Shown here: one piece after another, positions 55,350 to 64,000 of the stretch
How the letters are laid out: every line of letters begins with the position of its first letter
Numbering within the stretch: the stretch's first letter is position 1
Notes under the pieces: model-generated
Seen by the model: the letters and a program-made list of their open reading frames with translations, nothing else
The model's database searches: none
Told to the model about the DNA's origin: nothing
Assembly (NCBI RefSeq): GCF_945881795.1
Contig: NZ_CAMCVG010000001.1
Location: forward strand, 7,488-71,487
From: Rhodoferax sp. OV413
GTDB taxonomy: Bacteria; Pseudomonadota; Gammaproteobacteria; Burkholderiales; Burkholderiaceae_C
Length of the DNA: 64,000 bases
Reading direction: 5' to 3'
Translations under genes and position numbers: made by a program

Positions 55350-56810
55350 ATGATTTCTCGTGAACCCACCATCGAACGCCTGGCCACGGCCAAGTCCCTG
55401 CTGCTCACCCCCTTCGGGCTGGATGAGAGTCACCTCATCCGCGCGCTGGGTGAAATCAAGGCCCACCAGGTCGACGAGGCGGACCTCTACTTCCAATACA
55501 CCCGCTCAGAGGGCTGGAGTCTGGAAGAGGGCATCGTCAAGACCGGTTCCTTCAGCATCGACCAGGGCGTGGGCGTGCGTGCGGTCAGCGGTGAAAAAAC
55601 GGCGTTTGCGTATTCGGACGACATTTCCGACGCATCGCTCCTGGACGCGGCCCGCACAGTGCGCACTATTTCGGCTGCAGCGCAGACCCGGCGTGCGAAG
55701 ACTGCTACACATAAGATAGCAGGTGGGCGCAAGCTCTACGCCGGGCTGGACCCGATTGCCACCCTGGACAGCACCGCCAAGGTCGCGCTCCTAGGCCGGG
55801 TGGAGAAGCTGGCCCGAGCGAAAGACCCGCGCGTGATTCAGGTGATGGCCGGACTGGCCGCTGAATACGACGTGGTGCTGGTTGCCCGCGCCGATGGCAC
55901 GCTGGCCGCCGACGTGCGCCCCCTGGTGCGCCTGAGTGTGACCGTGATTGCAGAGCAAAAAGGCCGCCGCGAGGCAGGCTCTAGCGGCGGCGGCGGGCGT
56001 TTCGGGCTGGCCTATTTCACCGACGAACAGGTGGAAGACTATGTGAACCAGGCGGTGCATGCCGCGCTCACCAACCTCGACTCCCGCCCCGCTCCTGCGG
56101 GCGAAATGACGGTGGTGCTGGGTGCCGGCTGGCCGGGCATTTTGTTGCACGAGGCCATTGGCCACGGCTTGGAGGGCGACTTCAACCGCAAGGGCAGCAG
56201 CGCTTTCAGCGGGCGTGTGGGCCAGCGGGTGGCGGCCAAGGGCGTCACCGTGCTCGACGACGGCACGATTGCCGACCGCCGCGGCTCGCTCAACGTGGAC
56301 GACGAGGGCAACCCCAGCCAGCGCAATGTGCTGATTGAGGACGGCATTTTGAAGGGCTACATCCAGGACAGCATGAACGCCCGGTTGATGGGCGTGAAGC
56401 CCACCGGCAACGGCCGCCGCGAGAGCTATGCCCACCTGCCCATGCCGCGCATGACCAACACCTACATGCTCGGCGGCGACAAGGCGCCCGAGGAAATCAT
56501 TGCCAGCATCAAGAAGGGCCTCTATGCGCCCAACTTCGGCGGCGGTCAGGTGGATATCACCAGCGGAAAGTTCGTGTTCAGCGCCAGCGAAGCCTATTGG
56601 GTGGAAAACGGCAAGATTCAATACCCGGTCAAGGGCGCCACTCTGGTGGGCAGCGGGCCGGAGTGCTTGAAGCGTGTCTCGATGATCGGCAACGACATGA
56701 AGCTCGACCCCGGCGTGGGCACCTGCGGCAAAGAGGGCCAGAGCGTGCCGGTGGGTGTGGGCCAGCCCACCCTGCGCGTCGACGGACTCACCGTGGGCGG
56801 CACGGCCTGA
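55350..56810 (+). CDS. tldD: Metalloprotease TldD
   Basis: 486 aa with the [11 protein letters not shown] zinc motif; C-terminal [14 protein letters not shown]. Confidence 0.9.
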   Translation: MISREPTIERLATAKSLLLTPFGLDESHLIRALGEIKAHQVDEADLYFQYTRSEGWSLEEGIVKTGSFSIDQGVGVRAVSGEKTAFAYSDDISDASLLDAARTVRTISAAAQTRRAKTATHKIAGGRKLYAGLDPIATLDSTAKVALLGRVEKLARAKDPRVIQVMAGLAAEYDVVLVARADGTLAADVRPLVRLSVTVIAEQKGRREAGSSGGGGRFGLAYFTDEQVEDYVNQAVHAALTNLDSRPAPAGEMTVVLGAGWPGILLHEAIGHGLEGDFNRKGSSAFSGRVGQRVAAKGVTVLDDGTIADRRGSLNVDDEGNPSQRNVLIEDGILKGYIQDSMNARLMGVKPTGNGRRESYAHLPMPRMTNTYMLGGDKAPEEIIASIKKGLYAPNFGGGQVDITSGKFVFSASEAYWVENGKIQYPVKGATLVGSGPECLKRVSMIGNDMKLDPGVGTCGKEGQSVPVGVGQPTLRVDGLTVGGTA

Positions 56811-56844
56811 GCCGGCCGCGCGAACCTGTGCTACATTGAAGCCC

Positions 56845-56913
56845 ATGCATTCAGCACACTTCTTTTTTAGCTATTTTTGGTTCTCACGCGCAACCGGCGG
56901 TCGAGAGATCTGA
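56845..56913 (+). CDS. Aromatic-rich leader peptide (22 aa) of the DAHP synthase attenuator
   Basis: ATG CAT TCA GCA CAC TTC TTT TTT AGC TAT TTT TGG TTC ... TGA translates to MHSAHFFFSYFWFSRATGGREI. Seven of eight consecutive codons are Phe/Tyr/Trp. It lies directly upstream of a terminator and of a DAHP synthase gene. Confidence 0.55.
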   Translation: MHSAHFFFSYFWFSRATGGREI

Positions 56914-56944
56914 ACGTACCTACAGAAAACGTCCTGAATCTTCC

Positions 56945-56976
56945 AAAAACCGCCGGCAACCCCGGCGGTTTTTTTA
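56945..56976 (+). terminator. Rho-independent terminator (attenuator) in the DAHP synthase leader
   Basis: AAAAACCGCCGG-CAACC-CCGGCGGTTTTTTT. 8-bp GC stem (56949-56956 / 56962-56969), extendable by A-T pairs, followed by a T7 run. It lies 45 nt before the aro gene ATG. Confidence 0.75.
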
Positions 56977-57019
56977 TTGTTGCTTTCACTTCTTTTAACT
57001 TGAACTCTGGAGACCTGAC

Positions 57020-58147
57020 ATGACCGCACAAGCCTCTGCAAGCGACGCCTGGTATGGCCAAGCGCAGCCCGCCGACCGCACCAGCAAGACCGATGACGAA
57101 CGCATCAAGGACATTACCGTGCTGCCACCTCCAGAACATTTGATCCGCTTCTTCCCCATCCGCGGAACCGCGGTGGAAACACTGATCTCCGAGACCCGCA
57201 GCACCATCCAAAACATCATGTCCGGCAAGGACGACCGGCTGCTGCTGATCATCGGTCCCTGTTCCATCCACGATCCGGCCGCCGCGCTGGAGTACGCCCG
57301 CCGCCTGAAGGCGCAGCGCGAAAAGTACAAAGATACGCTGGAAATCGTGATGCGCGTCTACTTCGAAAAGCCCCGCACCACCGTAGGCTGGAAGGGCCTG
57401 ATCAACGACCCCTACCTCGATGAGAGCTACCGCATCGACGAGGGCCTGCGCATCGCGCGCCAGCTGCTGATTGAGATCAACCGCCTGGGAATGCCCGCGG
57501 GCAGCGAGTTTCTGGACGTGATTTCGCCCCAATACCTCGGCGACCTGATTTCCTGGGGCGCCATCGGCGCGCGTACCACCGAGAGCCAGGTGCACCGCGA
57601 GTTGGCCTCGGGCATTTCCGCGCCCATCGGATTCAAGAACGGGACCGACGGCAACATCAAAATCGCGACCGACGCGATTCAGGCGGCAGCCGGCGGGCAC
57701 CACTTCTTGTCGGTGCACAAGAACGGCCAGGTCGCCATCGTCCAGACCCACGGCAACCCCGACTGCCACGTGATTTTGCGCGGCGGCAAGGCGCCGAACT
57801 ACGACGCCGCCAGCGTAGCCGCCGCCTGCGCCGACCTGGCCCGGGCCAATCTGCCGCCAACCCTGATGGTGGACTGCAGCCATGCCAACAGCAGCAAGCA
57901 GCACGAAAAGCAGCTGGATGTTGCCAAGGACATTGCCTCCCAGATCAGCGGCGGCTCCAGAAGCGTGTTCGGTGTGATGGTGGAGAGCCACCTCAACGCC
58001 GGCGCGCAGAAGTTCACCCCAGGCAAGGACGACGCCTCCGCGCTGGAATACGGCAAAAGCATCACCGACGCTTGCCTGGGCTGGGATGACTCGCTCGCCT
58101 CCTTGGAGGTGTTGTCCGCGGCCGTCAAGGCGCGTCGCGCAGCGTAA
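57020..58147 (+). CDS. 3-deoxy-7-phosphoheptulonate (DAHP) synthase, class I (AroF/G/H type)
   Basis: 375 aa, collinear with E. coli AroG (DDRLLLIIGPCSIHD, EIVMRVYFEKPRTTVGWKGLINDP, WGAIGARTTESQVHRELASG, GFKNGTDG, SHANSSKQ). RBS GGAGA. Confidence 0.9.
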   Translation: MTAQASASDAWYGQAQPADRTSKTDDERIKDITVLPPPEHLIRFFPIRGTAVETLISETRSTIQNIMSGKDDRLLLIIGPCSIHDPAAALEYARRLKAQREKYKDTLEIVMRVYFEKPRTTVGWKGLINDPYLDESYRIDEGLRIARQLLIEINRLGMPAGSEFLDVISPQYLGDLISWGAIGARTTESQVHRELASGISAPIGFKNGTDGNIKIATDAIQAAAGGHHFLSVHKNGQVAIVQTHGNPDCHVILRGGKAPNYDAASVAAACADLARANLPPTLMVDCSHANSSKQHEKQLDVAKDIASQISGGSRSVFGVMVESHLNAGAQKFTPGKDDASALEYGKSITDACLGWDDSLASLEVLSAAVKARRAA

Positions 58148-58195
58148 AGCGATTCGGCACGGGCTGCGCGCCAAGCGCCAGCCTGCCTCAGACCG

Positions 58196-58220
58196 GCGGG
58201 CCTTCGGGCCCGCTTTTTTT
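58196..58220 (+). terminator. Rho-independent terminator after the DAHP synthase gene
   Basis: GCGGGCC-TTCG-GGCCCGC followed by TTTTTTT. Confidence 0.7.
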
Positions 58221-58223
58221 GCC

Positions 58224-58499
58224 TTATTGCAGCGCGGGGGGCGCCCGCAGCGACTCCATCACCGCGTCCGGCGTGCCGCCGCCGGCCAGGTGGGTTTTGT
58301 ACCAGACGCTCAGGATGGTGCTGATCACCGGGCCCGGGTTCTCGCAGACCTTGGCCACGTCCCACTGGTTGAGCTTGCAGATGCACTCCACCAGGTCCAT
58401 GTCCATGTCGATGGCCTCGTTGTCGCAGCGGCGCAGCTGCAGGTCGGCAAATTGCGCGCCTTCGGGCAGGCGCAGCTGAAAGTTCGGGTCGCTTTGCAT
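58224..58499 (-). CDS. Small conserved-looking hypothetical protein
   Basis: ORF of 91-96 aa (MQSDPNFQLRLPEG...) with four Cys. No recognisable motif. It is convergent with the aro gene. Confidence 0.4.
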   Translation of the reverse strand: MQSDPNFQLRLPEGAQFADLQLRRCDNEAIDMDMDLVECICKLNQWDVAKVCENPGPVISTILSVWYKTHLAGGGTPDAVMESLRAPPALQ

Positions 58500-58550
58500 A
58501 GGTTTGCAGGTCAAAAGTGCTGTTTTCGCCCGTGGTTATTGCGCGAACAG

Positions 58551-59987
58551 CTACGAAGTTTGTAGCAGCCGGCTGAGCCTGGCGTGGATGCCGCCAAAGC
58601 CGCCATTGCTCATACACAGCACATGGTCACCCGGCTGCAGCGCCGCGGCCACCTGGCCCAGCACCACTTCAATGCTCTCGCCCACCTGCGCGCGGGCGCC
58701 CATGGGTGACAGCGCCTCGGCCGCGTCCCAGCCCAGCCCGCCGCTGTGGCAAAAGGCCAGGTCGGCTTCTTCCAGGCTCCACGGCAGCTGGCTTTTCATG
58801 GCGCCGAGTTTCATGGTGTTGGATCGCGGCTCGAACACCGCCAGGATCCGCCCGTCTGCCACTTGGCGGCGCAGGCCGTTGACGGTGGTGCGGATGGCGG
58901 TGGGGTGATGGGCGAAGTCGTCGTAAATCGTCACCGGCGCGCTGCCGGGTTGCGATGCCAGCGGCGCGCGGGCGCGCACTTCCATGCGGCGCTTCACATT
59001 GACAAACCGGCCCAAAGCCTCAGCCGCCAGCGCGGGCGACACGCCCACATGCTGCGCCGCGGCAATGGCGGCCAGCGCGTTGAGCTGGTTGTGCATACCG
59101 TTCAGCCCCCACTGCACGCGCGCCACTTCCCGGCCCTGGTGCAGCACCGCAAAGTCGTGCGGTTCGCCCACCGCCGAAAAATCGCTTACCGCGGTGCCAA
59201 AGCTTTGCTGCTCACTCCAGCAGCCCATGTGCAGCACCCGGGTGAGGCTTTCCTCCAGCCCGTTGACCACCACACGCCCGCCGGCCGGGACCGTGCGCAC
59301 CAGATGGTGAAACTGCCGCTCAATCGCCGCCAGGTCATCAAAAATGTCCGCGTGGTCGAACTCGAGGTTGTTCAGGATGGCGGTGCGAGGGCGGTAGTGG
59401 ACGAACTTGCTGCGCTTGTCGAAGAAGGCGGTGTCGTATTCGTCGGCTTCAATGACAAAGAGGGGTCGGGGGGGAAAAGCAGGGGGCGCAGCCTCTGCGC
59501 CACTCCTATCGCTGCCAAGCCTTGCCGAAATGCCAAAGTTCAGCGGGACGCCGCCCACCAGAAATCCCGGCTGTAAACCCGCGTAGTCCAGCACCCAGGC
59601 CAGCATGCTGGTGGTGGTGGTTTTGCCGTGGGTACCTGCAACCGCCAACACATGGCGACCTTGCAAAACGTGTTCGGCCAGCCACTGCGGCCCGCTGGTG
59701 TAGGGCGCGCCGGCGTCCAGAATCGCCTCCATCAGCGGAAATTTGGGGCTGCCGTCGGGCAGGCGCGCGCGACTCACCACGTTGCCGATGACAAACATAT
59801 CGGGCTGGAGCGCCATTTGGTCGGCGCCAAATCCCTCCACCAAATCGATTCCGAGGGCGCGTAGCTGGTCGCTCATCGGGGGGTAAACGCCCGCGTCGCA
59901 GCCGGTGACTTGGTGGCCTGCTTCGCGCGCCAAAGCGGCCAAGCCGCCCATGAAAGTCCCGCAAATGCCCAGAATGTGAATATGCAT
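58551..59987 (-). CDS. mpl: UDP-N-acetylmuramate:L-alanyl-gamma-D-glutamyl-meso-diaminopimelate ligase
   Basis: Start at [30 protein letters not shown]-loop. Mur-ligase architecture with a typical Mpl N-terminus. Confidence 0.85.
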   Translation of the reverse strand: MHIHILGICGTFMGGLAALAREAGHQVTGCDAGVYPPMSDQLRALGIDLVEGFGADQMALQPDMFVIGNVVSRARLPDGSPKFPLMEAILDAGAPYTSGPQWLAEHVLQGRHVLAVAGTHGKTTTTSMLAWVLDYAGLQPGFLVGGVPLNFGISARLGSDRSGAEAAPPAFPPRPLFVIEADEYDTAFFDKRSKFVHYRPRTAILNNLEFDHADIFDDLAAIERQFHHLVRTVPAGGRVVVNGLEESLTRVLHMGCWSEQQSFGTAVSDFSAVGEPHDFAVLHQGREVARVQWGLNGMHNQLNALAAIAAAQHVGVSPALAAEALGRFVNVKRRMEVRARAPLASQPGSAPVTIYDDFAHHPTAIRTTVNGLRRQVADGRILAVFEPRSNTMKLGAMKSQLPWSLEEADLAFCHSGGLGWDAAEALSPMGARAQVGESIEVVLGQVAAALQPGDHVLCMSNGGFGGIHARLSRLLQTS

Positions 59988-60130
59988 GCCGGCTATTCTA
60001 CGGGCCACTGCAGCCGGTTTTTTGGGCATGATTTCAGCACTTTGCCCTCGTGGAATATGCGTGAGTCGCTATGAAAAGCAGAGCATCCCCAGGCACCGGC
60101 TGCGCCGTATGCCGCAGGCACAATGCAGCC

Positions 60131-60724
60131 ATGGACGACCTGAAGGAAGAAATAGCGGCCGCCGCCGCCCGCCTCGTGGTGGAAGAGGGGCTGGAGTACG
60201 GCCCCGCCAAGCGGCGCGCGGTCAAGCAGTTGGGCGTGCCTGCTCGAGCGGCCTTGCCAGACAACGACCAGGTTGACGCTGCAGTGGAGGAATACATTTC
60301 CATTTTTTGTGCCGAGAGTCAGGCTGAGGAGCTGCGAGCGCTGCGGGAGCTGGCGCTGCAGTGGATGCGGCGGCTCGAGATGTTCCGCCCGTACCTGGGC
60401 GGTGCGGTCTGGCGGGGTACGGCAACTCGACGGTCAGATATTTATCTGCAGTTGTTTTGTGATGACCCCAAATCGGCGGAGATAAGCTTGATTGACCGCG
60501 GCGTTCGGTTCGAGGTGCGCTCGGTGCCGGGGCTGCAAGGCGAGATGGTGGATGCACTCAGCATCCACGCGCTGTGTGAGCCGCTGGGCGAGCATGTGGG
60601 GGTGCATTTGCTGATCAATGACCTCGACGATGTACGCGGAGCGCTGCAGCCCGACGCGCGGGGGCGCGCCCCGAGGGGGAATATCGCGGCAGTAGATAAA
60701 CTTTTGAAGGAAGATGATGAGTGA
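60131..60724 (+). CDS. Hypothetical protein
   Basis: 197 aa from MDDLKEEIAAAAARL. No motif recognised. It is divergent from mpl and overlaps the next gene by 11 nt. Confidence 0.45.
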   Translation: MDDLKEEIAAAAARLVVEEGLEYGPAKRRAVKQLGVPARAALPDNDQVDAAVEEYISIFCAESQAEELRALRELALQWMRRLEMFRPYLGGAVWRGTATRRSDIYLQLFCDDPKSAEISLIDRGVRFEVRSVPGLQGEMVDALSIHALCEPLGEHVGVHLLINDLDDVRGALQPDARGRAPRGNIAAVDKLLKEDDE

Positions 60725-61328
60725 TAACGATAATCATCCGGGGCCTGGCGAGCGGGCGGAGCCCCAAGCCCCGAGCTCGGGCCGGCGAGGCCTGCTGGTG
60801 TGGGGTGCGGCGGCGGGTGTTGCGGCGGGTGTGGCCAGCGCCGCCGGAGTGGGCCTGTCTTTGTGGCAACGGGGCGGCGCCGGGGGGGCGACGGGCGCGC
60901 CGGTGGCCGAGCCGGTGCCGGGCTTTTGGGCCCTGATATGGCAAAGCCCGCAGGATACGCCGGTGGCGATGGCGCAATTCAAGGGCAGGCCGCTGCTGAT
61001 TAACTTCTGGGCCACCTGGTGCCCTCCTTGTGTCGAGGAGCTGCCCCTGCTGGACCGCTTTGCCCGGGAGCAGGGCAGTGGCGGCGCGCAGGTGCTGGGC
61101 CTGGCGGTGGATCGCAAAGACGCTGTTCTGTCTTTTTTGGCCAAGTTGCCGCTGGGATTCACCGTAGCGCTGGCTGGAATGGATGGCGTTGAGCTGGGCC
61201 GGTCGCTGGGTAACGCGACCGGAGGGCTGCCTTTTTCAGTGCTGGTGGCAGCGGACGGCGCCATTGCGCAGCGCAAGATGGGCCGGGTGAGCGAGGCCGA
61301 TCTGGCATCGTGGGTTGCGGTAAAATAG
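60714..61328 (+). CDS. TlpA-family thiol:disulfide oxidoreductase (periplasmic thioredoxin-like)
   Basis: Twin-Arg-like signal SGRRGLLVWGAAAG. Thioredoxin motif FWATWCPPCVEELP. Confidence 0.75.
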   Translation: MMSDNDNHPGPGERAEPQAPSSGRRGLLVWGAAAGVAAGVASAAGVGLSLWQRGGAGGATGAPVAEPVPGFWALIWQSPQDTPVAMAQFKGRPLLINFWATWCPPCVEELPLLDRFAREQGSGGAQVLGLAVDRKDAVLSFLAKLPLGFTVALAGMDGVELGRSLGNATGGLPFSVLVAADGAIAQRKMGRVSEADLASWVAVK

Positions 61329-61497
61329 GGTTTTCCCACTGGTCGGCTTGGCAAAAGCGACCGTCCCCCGGCCCCTTGCGGGCCCTGTTTGGCCATAGTC
61401 TTCCATTCAATTCCCTGCTTTTGGGTGGAGTTATAGTCAATTGGCTGCGTTTTGCTGTAAATTCACCGCTCTATAAATGTCAGTTGTTGGAGACCCC

Positions 61498-61956
61498 ATG
61501 GACTTGCGAAAACTCAAAACCCTGATCGATTTGGTGTCCGAGTCGAATGTGTCGGAGCTGGAAATTACCGAGGCTGAAGGCAAAGTCCGCATCGTGAAGG
61601 GCGGCGGCGCCATGGTTCAGGGGTACGCCCCGGCGCCTGTTTATGCCGCCCCGGCCCCAACGGCTGCGCCTGCAGCCCCGCCCGCCGAGATTGCAGCACC
61701 GGCGGCGGTTGCCGCTCCCGCCGGCCACACCGTCAAGTCCCCCATGGTGGGCACTTTCTACCGGTCGTCGTCTCCCGGCGCCAAGCCTTTCGTCGAGGTA
61801 GGCGATGCGGTCAAGGAGGGCGACACCATCTGCATCATCGAGGCCATGAAGATCCTCAACGAGATCGAGGCTGACAAATCGGGCACTGTGAAGCAAATGC
61901 TGTGTGAAAACGGGCAGGCTGTCGAATACGGCCAACCCATGTTCATCATCGAATAA
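61498..61956 (+). CDS. accB: Acetyl-CoA carboxylase biotin carboxyl carrier protein
   Basis: Start at [13 protein letters not shown] after GGAGA. Pro/Ala linker. Biotinylation motif [12 protein letters not shown]. Confidence 0.9.
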   Translation: MDLRKLKTLIDLVSESNVSELEITEAEGKVRIVKGGGAMVQGYAPAPVYAAPAPTAAPAAPPAEIAAPAAVAAPAGHTVKSPMVGTFYRSSSPGAKPFVEVGDAVKEGDTICIIEAMKILNEIEADKSGTVKQMLCENGQAVEYGQPMFIIE

Positions 61957-61968
61957 GACACTGTGCCC

Positions 61969-63318
61969 ATGTTCAAGAAAATTCTGGTCGCCAACCGGGG
62001 AGAGATTGCGCTGCGCATTCAGCGCGCCTGCCGCGAGTTGGGTATCAAGGCCGTCATGGTGTATTCCGAGGCGGACCGCGAAGCCAAGTACGTCAAGCTC
62101 GCAGAGGAGGCGGTCTGCATCGGGCCTGCGCCTTCGGGCCAAAGCTACCTCAATATGCCTGCCATCATTTCGGCCGCCGAAGTCACCGACGCCGAGGCGA
62201 TCCATCCGGGCTACGGCTTTTTGAGCGAAAACGCCGACTTTGCCGAGCGCGTCGAGAAGAGCGGCTTTCAGTTCATCGGGCCCACGCCCGAATCTATCCG
62301 AATGATGGGCGACAAGGTCTCCGCCAAGCAGGCCATGATCCGTGCCGGCGTGCCTTGCGTGCCCGGCTCCGAGGGCGAGTTGCCCGACGATCCGGTTGCG
62401 ATAAAGCGCATCGCCAAGACGATCGGTTATCCGGTCATCATCAAGGCGGCCGGCGGCGGCGGCGGGCGCGGCATGCGGGTGGTGCATACCGAAGCGGCGC
62501 TGGTGGCTGCTGTGCAGATGACCAAGGCCGAGGCCGGCGCTGCATTCAACAACCCGGCGGTGTACATGGAGAAATTCCTCCAGAACCCGCGCCACATTGA
62601 AATCCAGGTGCTGGCTGACAAGTACAAAAATGCGGTGTACCTGGGCGAGCGCGATTGCTCGATGCAGCGACGCCACCAGAAGGTGCTGGAGGAGTCGCCC
62701 GCACCCGGCATTCTGCGCAAGCTCATCGAGCGCGTGGGCGACCGCTGCGTGGCGGCCTGCAAAAAGATGGGTTACCGCGGTGCCGGTACCTTTGAGTTCT
62801 TGTACGAAGACGGCGAGTTCTACTTTATCGAGATGAACACGCGGGTTCAGGTGGAGCATCCGGTTACTGAAATGGTCACCGGTATTGACATCGTGAAAAC
62901 CCAGATCATGGTGGCCGCCGGTGAGCGCCTGCCTTTTGTTCAGCGGGACATTGTGCTGCGGGGCCACGCCATCGAGTGCCGGGTGAATGCTGAAGACCCC
63001 TTCAAGTTCACCCCGTCCCCCGGGCGGGTCACGATGTGGCACGCGCCCGGCGGCCCCGGCGTGCGGGTGGACTCGCACGTCTATACCAACTATTTTGTGC
63101 CACCGAACTACGACTCCATGGTGGGCAAGATCATTGTTCACGGAGACACCCGCGAACAGGCTATGGCCCGCATGCGTACTGCCTTGGCCGAGACCGTGGT
63201 GGAAGGCATTCACACCAATATTCCACTGCACCGTGAGCTGATGGTGGACGCCAAATTCATGGCAGGTGGCACCAATATCCATTACCTCGAGCACTGGCTG
63301 GATCAGCACAAGCGATAA
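61969..63318 (+). CDS. accC: Acetyl-CoA carboxylase biotin carboxylase subunit
   Basis: [56 protein letters not shown]. Confidence 0.95.
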   Translation: MFKKILVANRGEIALRIQRACRELGIKAVMVYSEADREAKYVKLAEEAVCIGPAPSGQSYLNMPAIISAAEVTDAEAIHPGYGFLSENADFAERVEKSGFQFIGPTPESIRMMGDKVSAKQAMIRAGVPCVPGSEGELPDDPVAIKRIAKTIGYPVIIKAAGGGGGRGMRVVHTEAALVAAVQMTKAEAGAAFNNPAVYMEKFLQNPRHIEIQVLADKYKNAVYLGERDCSMQRRHQKVLEESPAPGILRKLIERVGDRCVAACKKMGYRGAGTFEFLYEDGEFYFIEMNTRVQVEHPVTEMVTGIDIVKTQIMVAAGERLPFVQRDIVLRGHAIECRVNAEDPFKFTPSPGRVTMWHAPGGPGVRVDSHVYTNYFVPPNYDSMVGKIIVHGDTREQAMARMRTALAETVVEGIHTNIPLHRELMVDAKFMAGGTNIHYLEHWLDQHKR

Positions 63319-63325
63319 GGCGCCC

Positions 63326-64000
63326 ATGTTCGAACTGCGTCTAATGTGTCCTGAGGACCGAGTCGAGCAGCTGAGCGACGCGCTGGACGCGCTGGACGCG
63401 CTCAGCGTGAGCGTAGAAGACGCCGATGCGCAGACCGATGCCGAGCAGGCGTTGTTTGGCGAGCCCGGCATGCCGCCGCCCAAAGGCGGGTGGCAGCGCT
63501 CCCGGGTGATTGCCCTTTTTGCAGAGCGGCTGGCGGCCGAAGAAGCGGCCAAGCTTTTATCCGCGCAGGATTTTTTCGCGGGCTGCAGCCTGTTGGGTAT
63601 TGACGTTCTGGAAGACCAGGATTGGGTGCGATTGACGCAGTCGCAGTTTGCACCGGTCGAGATCACGTCCGAATTCTGGATCGTGCCGACCTGGCATGAA
63701 CCGCCAGCACAGGCACGCCAGATCATCCGGCTCGACCCCGGGCTGGCCTTCGGTACCGGCACCCACCCCACCACCCGCATGTGCCTGCGCTGGATTGCAG
63801 CCCAGGGCGGCCCCGGCCGCGTACTGGACTACGGCTGCGGCTCCGGTATTCTGGCCATAGGTGCAGCCAAGTTTGGCGCTAGCGAAGTCATCGCAGTCGA
63901 CATCGACCAGGCGGCGGTGGACTCGACCATTCTGAACGCCGGGGCGAATCAAGTGCAACTTGCTGCCGGCCTGCCTGAGGCTGCCATCGGCGAGTTTGAT
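63326..64000 (+). CDS. prmA: Ribosomal protein L11 methyltransferase (3' end outside window)
   Basis: The frame is open from the ATG at 63326 to the window end; it is absent from the ORF track only because no stop is reached. IRLDPGLAFGTGTHPTTRMCL and VLDYGCGSGILAIGA motifs. accB-accC-prmA synteny. Confidence 0.85.
   Translation, partial: MFELRLMCPEDRVEQLSDALDALDALSVSVEDADAQTDAEQALFGEPGMPPPKGGWQRSRVIALFAERLAAEEAAKLLSAQDFFAGCSLLGIDVLEDQDWVRLTQSQFAPVEITSEFWIVPTWHEPPAQARQIIRLDPGLAFGTGTHPTTRMCLRWIAAQGGPGRVLDYGCGSGILAIGAAKFGASEVIAVDIDQAAVDSTILNAGANQVQLAAGLPEAAIGEFD

Noticed and set aside
53952-55496. 514-aa ORF on the minus strand
   Set aside because: It is antisense to rodA, which aligns over its full length with E. 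coli RodA. The ORF is His/Gln/Arg-rich with no motif.
56867-58174. 435-aa ORF on the minus strand
   Set aside because: It is antisense to the DAHP synthase gene, so it is a shadow ORF.
61480-63780. 766-aa ORF on the minus strand
   Set aside because: It is antisense to accB, accC and prmA, all recognised with high confidence, so it is a shadow ORF.

Overview
High-GC (roughly mid-60s %) chromosomal segment. Gene content and order look betaproteobacterial, Burkholderiales-like; this is an inference from recognised proteins, since no search was possible. There are four blocks. (1) 1-19.2 kb is an accessory-looking periplasmic alcohol-oxidation island. It holds a PQQ-dependent methanol/ethanol-family dehydrogenase carrying the lanthanide-type Asp signature, two c-type cytochromes, a MoxJ-like binding protein, a YVTN beta-propeller, a split Ped/Lut-like ABC transporter, a NosR-like membrane flavo-FeS protein with ApbE (no nosZ in the window), an AcoR-like sigma-54 activator, a second NitT/TauT-type ABC transporter and a TonB-dependent receptor. 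At least four good sigma-54 (-24/-12) promoters are readable in its intergenic regions, plus one weaker candidate. (2) 19.2-30 kb is housekeeping: a degenerate pseudouridine-synthase-like gene, an MBL hydrolase, dapF-DUF484-xerC, tRNA-Gly(GCC), rlmI, a His-rich COG0523 GTPase, a Cys-less DksA2-like protein fused to a long Lys/Ala/Pro repeat domain, and a STAS-like hypothetical. (3) 30-49 kb is a complete dcw cluster (mraZ rsmH ftsL ftsI murE murF mraY murD ftsW murG murC ddl ftsQ ftsA ftsZ lpxC) with a phased AGTG repeat array upstream of mraZ. It also has an unexpected 107-aa FlhD-like ORF inserted between ftsA and ftsZ. (4) 49-64 kb holds ruvC, mtgA, a TonB-like gene, an RNase II-family gene, yqiA-like, rodA, tldD, a DAHP synthase preceded by an aromatic-rich leader peptide and terminator (a classical attenuator), mpl, a TlpA-like redoxin, accB, accC and prmA (3' truncated). 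No rRNA, CRISPR array, transposase or prophage signature was seen. Many long ORFs in the track are antisense shadows typical of GC-rich DNA. All family calls come from by-eye motif recognition and need HMM/BLAST confirmation.
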